DNA from: Microcystis aeruginosa NIES-843
GTDB lineage: Bacteria > Cyanobacteriota > Cyanobacteriia > Cyanobacteriales > Microcystaceae
Assembly: GCF_000010625.1 (NCBI RefSeq)
Contig: NC_010296.1
Span: 5,220,001-5,252,000, forward strand
Direction of reading: 5' to 3'
DNA: 32,000 nucleotides
The notes below the pieces were generated by a model. The model was not told where the DNA came from. It did not search any database and was given only the letters and a program-made list of their open reading frames with translations. The position numbers and the translations under genes are program-made. This document shows, piece by piece, positions 25,129 to 32,000 of this stretch (the first letter of the stretch is position 1; each line of letters begins with the position of its first letter).

Positions 25129-25212
25129 GTAGGATTAAGTGTAGAACAAATTGCCCAAGCTTTAGACTTAGAAATTGAACAAGTACCAGAAGTCATTGAG
25201 GGACAAAATTGA

Positions 25213-26019
25213 GTGAAAACGGACAGTATTTTCTATCGTCTCTTTGAGACTTTTCCCGAAAGTTTCTTTGATTTGCTCAATCTTCCCCCAGAAACCGTCA
25301 ATCATTATCAATTTTCCTCCCTAGAAGTTAAACAACTCGCTTTTCGTTTAGATGGGGTCTTTCTTCCTGATAACCTTAATGAACCGATTTACTTTGTTGA
25401 GGTACAATTTCAAAAAGATGAACGGTTTTACTCGCGCTTTTTTAGTGAAATATTTCTCTATTTTCATCAAAGTGAGAGTAATAACAATTGGCAAGGGGTG
25501 ATCATTTATCCTCATCCTGGAATTGAAAATAGTCCCAAATCTCGTTATCAAGAATTCTTTGAGTCAGGACGGGTTAACTGTTATTATCTGAATCAATTAG
25601 ATGAGGGGGATTCTCTGGGGGTAAAAGTGTTACAATTAATTGTGGAATCGGAACCAAACACCTTAGCCCAAGGAAAAGAACTGATTCAACAAGTTAGACA
25701 ACAATTTCAGGAGTCTTTAAAAAGAGAGGACATTCTAGAATTAATTGAGACAATTCTCATTTATAAATTACCGAAATTAAACCGTAAGGAGATAGAAGCT
25801 ATGTTTAGTTTAAGTGATTTAAGAGAAACTAAGGTTTATCAAGAAGCTTTAGAGGAAGGCAAAGAGGAAGGCGAGGAAAAGGGAAAAGAAGAAAAAGCCA
25901 GACAAATTGCCCTGAAAATGATATCTGCTGGTTTTCCTATCCCAGAAATCGCCCAATTTACCGATTTATCCCCCGACGCGATCGAGGAATTACAAAGGCA
26001 GAACGCTCGCGATGTTTGA
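25213..26019 (+). CDS. Rpn/YhgA-like putative nuclease (head A, tail T3)
   Basis: The first ~216 codons are near-identical to gene 24307-25128 (906-bp period). After YQEALEEG the tail switches to KEEGEEKGKEEKARQIALKMISAGFPIPEIAQFTDLSPDAIEELQRQ, which is homologous to the tail of gene 26012-26842. Confidence 0.8.
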   Translation: MKTDSIFYRLFETFPESFFDLLNLPPETVNHYQFSSLEVKQLAFRLDGVFLPDNLNEPIYFVEVQFQKDERFYSRFFSEIFLYFHQSESNNNWQGVIIYPHPGIENSPKSRYQEFFESGRVNCYYLNQLDEGDSLGVKVLQLIVESEPNTLAQGKELIQQVRQQFQESLKREDILELIETILIYKLPKLNRKEIEAMFSLSDLRETKVYQEALEEGKEEGEEKGKEEKARQIALKMISAGFPIPEIAQFTDLSPDAIEELQRQNARDV

Positions 26020-26842
26020 TAATATTTGTAAATTTATCGCCGAAAACTTCTCCGATGATCTAGCCACTTGGTTATTGGGTTCTCCCCTCCCCTTAACCGT
26101 CCTCGACCCGACGGAATTACAATTAGACCCCATTCGTGCCGATTCTCTGATTTTTTTGCAGTCAGAGGAATTGATTCTCCATACTGAATTTCAAACCGAC
26201 CCCGACTCCAAGATTCCTTTCCGAATGCTCGATTATCGCATTCGCGTCTATCGTCGTCATCCCCAAAAACCAATGCGTCAAGTGGTAATTTATCTGCGAC
26301 GCAGTGATTCCCCCCTAGTACAAGAAAATACTTTCCGTCTGGGGGAAACTTTTCATTCTTTTCAAGTCATCCGTCTTTGGGAAGAAAATACGCCGCAATT
26401 TTTCCATCAACCCGGTTTATTACCCTTTGCCGTCCTCAGCAATACCGATGATCCCGAACAGGTGTTAAGTCAGGTGTCCCGTTCTCTAGAAACTATCTCT
26501 CAAAAACAGGTGCAAAGCAATCTCGCCGCCGCCACCAGTATTCTCGCTGGGTTAGTATTAAATCGAGAGACGATTAAAAAAATCCTTCGGAGTGACATTA
26601 TGAGAGAATCCGTCATCTATCAAGATATTTTAGAGGAAGGCAGAGAGGAAGGCAGAGAGGAAGGCAGAGAGGAAGGCAGAGAGGAAGGCAAAGAGGAAGG
26701 CAAAGAGGAGGGAAAAAAAGAAAAAGCTCGACAAATTGCCCTAAAAATGCTATCTGCTGGCTTTCATGTCCCAGAAATCGCCCAATTTACTGATTTATCC
26801 CCCGCAACTATCGAGGAATTACAAAGACAGCAGCACAATTAA
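26012..26842 (+). CDS. Rpn/YhgA-like putative nuclease (head B, (EEGR/K)n hinge, tail T3)
   Basis: MFDNICKFIAENFSDDLATWLLG ... DSLIFLQSEELILHTEFQTDPDSKIPFRMLDYRIRVYRRH is an Rpn-family-type head (D...E.Q/K core). The start overlaps the previous stop (ATGTTTGA, 26012-26019). Confidence 0.8.
   Translation: MFDNICKFIAENFSDDLATWLLGSPLPLTVLDPTELQLDPIRADSLIFLQSEELILHTEFQTDPDSKIPFRMLDYRIRVYRRHPQKPMRQVVIYLRRSDSPLVQENTFRLGETFHSFQVIRLWEENTPQFFHQPGLLPFAVLSNTDDPEQVLSQVSRSLETISQKQVQSNLAAATSILAGLVLNRETIKKILRSDIMRESVIYQDILEEGREEGREEGREEGREEGKEEGKEEGKKEKARQIALKMLSAGFHVPEIAQFTDLSPATIEELQRQQHN
26633..26716 (+). repeat. In-frame 12-bp coding microsatellite (GAGGAAGGCAGA x4, GAGGAAGGCAAA x2, one degenerate unit) encoding (EEGR)4(EEGK)2
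   Basis: Perfect units start at 26633, 26645, 26657, 26669, 26681 and 26693. Paralogues have only 1-2 units at the same position (24163-24180; 25852-25875). Confidence 0.9.
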
Positions 26843-26858
26843 AGCTTTTAACCGCAAA

Positions 26859-26898
26859 GGGTGGGGAATTAGGAAAATTTCGGCTCATCTCCCCACCC
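26859..26898. terminator. Stem-loop between convergent genes (candidate terminator)
   Basis: GGGTGGGGA (26859-26867) and TCCCCACCC (26890-26898) form a 9-bp GC-rich stem with a 22-nt loop. A short T-run (TTTG) follows only on the minus strand. Confidence 0.4.
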
Positions 26899-26907
26899 CA
26901 AGCACGA

Positions 26908-27045
26908 TTAACGGCGTTTAGCGAGGCGACGCACCACTAAACCACTACCTAGTATGCCTAGTCCGATAATACTAGAAAGTTCGGGAGTGGACACATTACC
27001 AATATCACCCGAAATATCAGAAGTAACAAGGCGAAAGTTATCCAT
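26908..27045 (-). CDS. Miniature ORF consisting essentially of a PEP-CTERM-like sorting tail
   Basis: MDNFRLVTSDISGDIGNVSTPELSSIIGLGILGSGLVVRRLAKRR has a PEx motif, a Gly-rich hydrophobic helix and an Arg/Lys cluster. It has no signal peptide and no clear SD. The track version (TTG 27096) overlaps the aminotransferase 3' end. Confidence 0.4.
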   Translation of the reverse strand: MDNFRLVTSDISGDIGNVSTPELSSIIGLGILGSGLVVRRLAKRR

Positions 27046-27076
27046 TGCAGCATAACCACTGCTTAGAATATCGGTT

Positions 27077-28255
27077 TTATCCCAAAAAAGCCCCAATTTT
27101 CTCCACGGCAGCCTCTAGAATATCGGGATCGTGAACTAAGGCAAAACGCACATAACCCTCACCACCCTTACCAAAACCGGAACCGGGGGAAACAGCGACA
27201 CCGGTTTGGGCCACCAATTGCCGACAAAAATCGACGGAATTACCCGGCCAACTGGGGGGAATTTTCGCCCAAACATACATAGTGGCGGCCGGAGTGGCAA
27301 CCGGCCAACCGATGCGATTTAAGGCATTAATAAACACATCCCGGCGTTTTTGGAAGATAGCGACGGTTTCCTTGACCGAATCTTGATTACCGGTCAAAGC
27401 AGCGATCGCACCGTTGAGGATGCCCAAATACTGATTAAAATCAACCATGGCTTTAATCTGTCGCAAAGCCATAATTAACTGCGGGTTGCCAATGGCGAAA
27501 CCGATGCGAAAACCGCCCATATTATAGGACTTGGAAAAGGTAAAAAACTCGATCGAATTAGTTTTAGCTCGATCGGCCTGTAAAATTGACGGGGGGGGCG
27601 ATGTTCCCGCAAAAAAGATGTCTAGATAGGGAAAATCGTGGATTAAAACTAAATTATGCTGACGGCAAAAATCAACCGCTTTTTGGAAAAATGCCAAAGG
27701 TGCGATCGCTGTGGTGGGATTATGGGGATAACTCAAGACCATCAGCTTCGATTGTGCCAGCACTAGGTCAGGAATGTCCTCTAAAACCGGCAGAAAGTCA
27801 TTTTTTGCCAAAATTGGCATCCCGTAGATTTGACCGCCAGCAAGGGCAACACCGCCCAAATGGGAGGGATAACCCGGATCGAGGAGCAGGGCAAAATCCC
27901 CGGGGTTGAGAATGGCCAACGGTAGATGGGCCGTGCCTTCCTGAGAACCAATTAGGGGTAAAACCTCCGTTTCCGCATCGATGGGGACACCAAAGCGATC
28001 GCTATACCAGTTAGCGGCAGTTATTCGGAAGTCTCTGGTCCCATTATGGAGTAAATAGCCGTGGGTGTGAGGATCGTGGAGAGATCGTTCAATAGCATCG
28101 ACAACGTGGGGAGCAGCCCCAAGATCGGAGGAACCGAGCGAAAGATCGATAATGGTATTACCCGCTTCTCTACTGGCAGCTTTTGCCCGATCCATATCGG
28201 CAAAAACGTTGGATTGTAGTGCCTGTAAGCGGTGTGCTAGGGTTAAGTTATTCAT
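27077..28255 (-). CDS. Class I/II (fold-type I) PLP-dependent aminotransferase
   Basis: SYPHNPTT, the PLP-lysine motif FSKSYNMGGFRIGF, and an N-terminus (LQSNVFADMDRAK ... IIDLSLGSSDL) typical of AspC/DapC-like enzymes. ATG 28255 or GTG 28261 is the start. Confidence 0.85.
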   Translation of the reverse strand: MNNLTLAHRLQALQSNVFADMDRAKAASREAGNTIIDLSLGSSDLGAAPHVVDAIERSLHDPHTHGYLLHNGTRDFRITAANWYSDRFGVPIDAETEVLPLIGSQEGTAHLPLAILNPGDFALLLDPGYPSHLGGVALAGGQIYGMPILAKNDFLPVLEDIPDLVLAQSKLMVLSYPHNPTTAIAPLAFFQKAVDFCRQHNLVLIHDFPYLDIFFAGTSPPPSILQADRAKTNSIEFFTFSKSYNMGGFRIGFAIGNPQLIMALRQIKAMVDFNQYLGILNGAIAALTGNQDSVKETVAIFQKRRDVFINALNRIGWPVATPAATMYVWAKIPPSWPGNSVDFCRQLVAQTGVAVSPGSGFGKGGEGYVRFALVHDPDILEAAVEKIGAFLG

Positions 28256-28271
28256 AACCACAGATACCTAA

Positions 28272-28634
28272 TTAGCTGACATAGGTATCGATAAAAGATT
28301 GTAATTGTTGTTTGCCGATCGCCCCTTCATGAGTGGCAATAAGTTTTTTATCTTTAAAGATGCGTAAAGCGGGAACACCTTTCACATCACATTTAGCCAC
28401 CGAGTTGGGGTTAGGGTCTATTTCTAGTTTAACTACTTTTAGCCGTTCGCCGTAGGTTTTCGCCACCCAATCGATCGAGGGGGATACCAGACGGCACGGA
28501 CCGCACCAACTCGCCCAAAAATAGACTAAAACGGGTTTTTCGACCTCAAAAACCTCTTTGTCAAACTTCTGATCGCTAATGACAGTTACGCTACTCACAG
28601 TATTTATTTCCTCACCATCGCTACTGATCATCAT
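28272..28634 (-). CDS. trxA: Thioredoxin
   Basis: WCGPC active site in PVLVYFWASWCGPCRLVSP and a thioredoxin-fold C-terminus (VKGVPALRIFKDKKLIATHEGA). ATG 28634 is preferred to the GTG track start at 28667. The symbol is generic. Confidence 0.85.
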   Translation of the reverse strand: MMISSDGEEINTVSSVTVISDQKFDKEVFEVEKPVLVYFWASWCGPCRLVSPSIDWVAKTYGERLKVVKLEIDPNPNSVAKCDVKGVPALRIFKDKKLIATHEGAIGKQQLQSFIDTYVS

Positions 28635-28679
28635 AGAGGTTCTGGGTAATTTTCGGCAATTATCCACTTCTACGCTTCC

Positions 28680-29558
28680 TTAAACATTAGGATCAAAGAC
28701 ATCCCGTAAACCATCACCGATAAAATTAATACTTAACACCGTGATCACGATAGCTAGAGCGGGAAAAATGACCAAGTGGGGGGCAGTTGTCAAGTAATCT
28801 TTAGCTTTAAATAACATTTGTCCCCAAGTCGGCACATCGGGGGGGAAACCCAAACCCAAAAAACTCAGGGTTGACTCGGTAATAATCGCATTACCCACCG
28901 CTAAAGTGGCCGCCACGATAATCATTCCCAAAACATTAGGCAATAAATGCACCCAGATTAAACGGAAAGGAGTGGCCCCCAAAGCAATCGCAGCCGAGAT
29001 AAACTCCATCTCGCGTAATTTTAAGAAATTTCCCCGCACCAATCGCGCCACCGACATCCAATTTAAACCCCCGATTACTAAAACCACGAGGATAAAAATA
29101 CCCGTTTCCGGTCCGGCGATTTTTTTGATGCTATCGCGAAATAGATAGACAATCAGTAAAAGTAGGGGTAATTGGGGCAAAGATAGGAATAAATCCGTTA
29201 ATCGCATCAATAAGCCATCGATTGCGCCCCCGTAAAACCCGGAAATAGCCCCGATCGCCGTCCCTAGAATAATCGCAACTATCATAGCAGCAATCCCCAC
29301 CGCTAGGGAAATTCGACCCCCCACCAAAATCCTCGCCAATTGATCCTGGCCCAGATCATTAGTCCCAAAAAGATGTTTTAAACTGGGGGGAGCAGTGGTT
29401 TGACTAAAATCAATGGTATCGATGGGGACCCGATAGAAAATCGGACCGAATAGGACAGCAAGAATAATTATAATTAATGCGATCGCTCCTATTACTGCCA
29501 AGGGATCTCGGTAAAAACGTCGCCAAGTATCGATAATTGCAGAAGACAGGGGAGACAT
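28680..29558 (-). CDS. ABC transporter permease, DppC/OppC (peptide/nickel) family
   Basis: Multi-TM ORF with LFGTNDLGQDQLARIL and the binding-protein-dependent permease EAA-type loop (ISAAIALGATPFRLIWVHLLPN). ATG 29558 is preferred to GTG 29573. Confidence 0.85.
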   Translation of the reverse strand: MSPLSSAIIDTWRRFYRDPLAVIGAIALIIIILAVLFGPIFYRVPIDTIDFSQTTAPPSLKHLFGTNDLGQDQLARILVGGRISLAVGIAAMIVAIILGTAIGAISGFYGGAIDGLLMRLTDLFLSLPQLPLLLLIVYLFRDSIKKIAGPETGIFILVVLVIGGLNWMSVARLVRGNFLKLREMEFISAAIALGATPFRLIWVHLLPNVLGMIIVAATLAVGNAIITESTLSFLGLGFPPDVPTWGQMLFKAKDYLTTAPHLVIFPALAIVITVLSINFIGDGLRDVFDPNV

Positions 29559-29575
29559 AATCAAGAAAATCACAG

Positions 29576-30655
29576 ATGATTAAAATTTACACGGAAATCG
29601 AACGGGGGCAAAATTGGTTACAGCGCCATCAAAAATGTTGTCCGATATTTGCCCTAGTTTTGGGGTTTACCGAGACGGGATTAATCCCCGGAATCTCCAC
29701 CGCCGGTGCTACCCCGGAAGATAGAAAATATACAGCGATCGCTGATGCCGAATTTATCGTTAAAGGAGTTTCACCCCATCCCCGTTATCCCTTACCCCCC
29801 CTAACGGTGGGAGCCTCCCCCGCCTATATTACCCGCGCCGTGGTGGAAAAATTAGCCATTCCCGTCCTCGTTTTTAACGCCGGTTTACCCTTGCCCCCGG
29901 CCGTCGATTATATCGAACTGGGGGGACAACCGGCCCGTTGTCTCTCCACCGGCCGCGCCCTAGACCTGACCATAGTAAAACACCTGTTCGCCCAAGGATT
30001 AACTTGGGGAGAAAAATTAGCCCGCCAGTCTAGTTATCTAATTATCGGCGAGTGCGTGGTCGGCGGCACCACCACCGCCCTCGCCATCCTCACCGGATTG
30101 GGTTATCGAGCCAACGGCAAAGTTAACAGCAGCCATCCCCAGTGCAATCATGCTCAGAAACAGTCAATAGTTGAGCAGGGATTAGCCCGAAAAGAAATTT
30201 TTGATCCTTTTGAGGTAATCGCCGCCCTAGGCGATCCTCAGCAGATTTTCGTCGCTGGCATGGCCATCGCCGCCAGTGGGCAGGGTGGGGTACTCCTCGC
30301 CGGAGGAACCCAAATGTTAGCCGTTTCTGCCCTAATTCAAGCTCTAGTGGCTAAATATGCCTATCCGGTTAACTGGGAAAATATCATCGTCGGCACAACT
30401 CGCTGGGTAGCGGAAGATAAAACGGGGGATACGGTGGGATTAGCCCGCATGATCGGAAAATTGCCTTTATTAGCCACACAATTAGACTTTTCTGCCTCTA
30501 AATACCCGGTTTTGCAAGCTTATCAACAGGGTTTTGTCAAAGAGGGAGTGGGTGCGGGGGGATGTGCGATCGCCGCTTGTTTGTACCGGAATTGGACTAA
30601 TCAAGATTTGGTCAAAGCGATCGAAAATTTAATCGGGTTTCAACTAAACTGTTGA
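29576..30655 (+). CDS. UPF0284 / TIGR00303-type CobT-like phosphoribosyltransferase homologue
   Basis: FALVLGFTETGLIPGISTAGATPEDRKYTAIADAEF ... GECVVGGTTTALAIL ... LAGGTQMLAV is characteristic of the cyanobacterial/archaeal CobT-like family. Confidence 0.8.
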   Translation: MIKIYTEIERGQNWLQRHQKCCPIFALVLGFTETGLIPGISTAGATPEDRKYTAIADAEFIVKGVSPHPRYPLPPLTVGASPAYITRAVVEKLAIPVLVFNAGLPLPPAVDYIELGGQPARCLSTGRALDLTIVKHLFAQGLTWGEKLARQSSYLIIGECVVGGTTTALAILTGLGYRANGKVNSSHPQCNHAQKQSIVEQGLARKEIFDPFEVIAALGDPQQIFVAGMAIAASGQGGVLLAGGTQMLAVSALIQALVAKYAYPVNWENIIVGTTRWVAEDKTGDTVGLARMIGKLPLLATQLDFSASKYPVLQAYQQGFVKEGVGAGGCAIAACLYRNWTNQDLVKAIENLIGFQLNC

Positions 30656-30660
30656 CTATC

Positions 30661-30857
30661 TAGGGTTTGCGGCAAAAAGTTTTTCCAGGGGGCAGGGTGT
30701 AGGGTTTTACCGATTTTCAGGTGGTCAATTACCTAATTTTCAGGGAAAAAGTCCAGGGATTTTCCCCCTGATCACTCCCATGCCAGCCACTTTGGGATTT
30801 CAAAAAGGTCTAAAAGTCTTATCCAACAAGGTTTTTAGATTTATTCAGCCAACCCTA
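30661..30857 (-). repeat. MITE-like element, copy D (most degenerate; no perfect heptamer)
   Basis: TA-GGGTTTGCGGCAAAAAGTTTTTCC ... TTTATTCAGCCAACCC-TA. It starts 5 nt after the CobT-like stop codon, between convergent genes. Confidence 0.8.
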
Positions 30858-30901
30858 AATACGCGGGCAGCTTATGAGAGAAAATAGTGACCAGCAGATT
30901 T

Positions 30902-31888
30902 CTAGTCAATAATTAGGGCTATTTTCCCCGTCACCGAACCAGTTTCTAGCAGTTGATGGGCGCTGATAGCTGCCGCTAAAGGGAAGGTTTGGGAGAGATG
31001 AATAGTTAACTTTTTCTCGTCAATTAAACGCGCCCCTTGTCTGAGAATTTCTGTTTGATATTTTTGCGCTTCTGGCAGTCCCATCAAAGCCGGGGTTAAC
31101 ATTAATTCTAAACTAATCCGCAAATTGCGATCGCGCGCTTCCTTCCAGCTGCCCGTAGGTTCCAAAATCGTCACCATATCGCCGTACACTCGCACCGCTC
31201 GGCAAGTTTGGCCAAAAGTTTCCCCTCCCACCGTATCAAAAGCGACATCTACTCCTTTCCCTGCGGTTTGTTGAAGTATCGCCGAGACAAAATCGGTTTG
31301 TTTGTATAAAATCGGGTAATCTGCCCCTAATTGCCGCACTAAACGCTCTTTATCGCTATTTCCCACCGTCGTATAAACTTTAGCCCCCTTCAGTTTCGCC
31401 AATTGAATCGCGACATGACCAACACCCCCGGCCCCGCCATGGATAAGTACGCTTTGTCCCGACTGAAGACGGGCGCGATCATAGAGTGCTTCCCAAGCGG
31501 TGATTAAAACTAAAGGTACAGCGGCCGCCTCGGCAAAAGAAAGAGATTTCGGCTTGTGGGCTAGATAATCCGCCTCGATCAGGGCATATTCGGCATAATT
31601 TCCCGTGCCGGCCTTGCCCAGTCCGCCGTTACAAAAGTACACTTCATCCCCGGGGCGAAAATCCTGCACCGCCGCCCCAACGGCCTCGACAATTCCCGCC
31701 CCGTCACAGCCCAAAATGGCCGGCATTTGCTCGGGGTAAAAAGTGCCGCGTTTACGAATTTTTGTATCAATAGGGTTGACACCAGCGGCTTTTAATGCTA
31801 ATAAAACCTGATGCGGTTGACTAATTTTCGGGGTGGGGACTTCCTGAAGCTGTAGGACATCCACGGCGGTCATGAGGATAGCTTTCAT
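30902..31888 (-). CDS. Zinc-type alcohol dehydrogenase / NADPH:quinone oxidoreductase family (MDR) protein
   Basis: 328-aa ORF with a GroES-like N-terminus (GVNPIDTKIRKG, GCDGAGIVEAVG) and Rossmann motif HGGAGGVGHVAIQLAK. Confidence 0.85.
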   Translation of the reverse strand: MKAILMTAVDVLQLQEVPTPKISQPHQVLLALKAAGVNPIDTKIRKRGTFYPEQMPAILGCDGAGIVEAVGAAVQDFRPGDEVYFCNGGLGKAGTGNYAEYALIEADYLAHKPKSLSFAEAAAVPLVLITAWEALYDRARLQSGQSVLIHGGAGGVGHVAIQLAKLKGAKVYTTVGNSDKERLVRQLGADYPILYKQTDFVSAILQQTAGKGVDVAFDTVGGETFGQTCRAVRVYGDMVTILEPTGSWKEARDRNLRISLELMLTPALMGLPEAQKYQTEILRQGARLIDEKKLTIHLSQTFPLAAAISAHQLLETGSVTGKIALIID

Positions 31889-31893
31889 TCTAT

Positions 31894-32000
31894 CTATTCG
31901 GGATTAACCCACATTAATGTCTGACCGAATTCTACCGGTTCACCGTTAGCGACGGCGATTTCGACGATTTGCCCGGCCACCTCCGCTTCGATTTCATTCA
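31894..32000 (-). CDS. accB: Biotin carboxyl carrier protein, C-terminal 34 codons (partial; continues beyond the window)
   Basis: The minus-strand frame reads (M)NEIEAEVAGQIVEIAVANGEPVEFGQTLMWVNPE*. This is the conserved segment just after the biotinyl-Lys (AMKLMNEIEA...) of BCCP. Confidence 0.7.
   Translation of the reverse strand, partial: NEIEAEVAGQIVEIAVANGEPVEFGQTLMWVNPE

Overview
This looks like a cyanobacterial chromosome segment. It has GCGATCGC (HIP1-type) palindromes, phycobiliprotein-lyase genes and heptamer microsatellites. Gene content, roughly 42-43% GC by eye and the repeat families fit Microcystis best, but that is inference only. About 27 credible protein genes are present: SWIM protein, topA, DUF938 methyltransferase, FutA/IdiA-like iron-binding protein, TPR/SPINDLY-type O-GlcNAc transferase, creatininase-family protein, ndk, a DICT plus degenerate HD-GYP protein, hpnH, a CpcS-type lyase with a HEAT-repeat protein, a 509-aa orphan, a class I/II aminotransferase, thioredoxin, an ABC permease, a CobT-like UPF0284 protein, an MDR oxidoreductase and the 3' end of accB. 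Mobile and repetitive DNA is unusually dense. It includes a complete IS630 copy, a tnpB-only IS200/IS605 element whose tnpB is frameshifted, an IS30-like relic and an ORF-less group II intron. There are also four full and two partial copies of a ~200-bp TA-flanked MITE (one with a second MITE nested in it), a TIR-only palindrome with a 16-bp x7 tandem expansion, and several heptamer or purine-rich repeat families. I saw no rRNA, tRNA or CRISPR array. The most interesting locus is 23.9-26.8 kb, a head-to-tail mosaic array of Rpn/YhgA-like putative PD-(D/E)XK nuclease genes. These genes swap C-terminal tails at a conserved YQ[ED][AI]LEEG hinge. Each also carries an in-frame internal ATG with a Shine-Dalgarno motif at exactly codon 197, an arrangement reminiscent of intragenic-antitoxin Rpn systems. 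All family names come from my own recognition of motifs; no database search was run.
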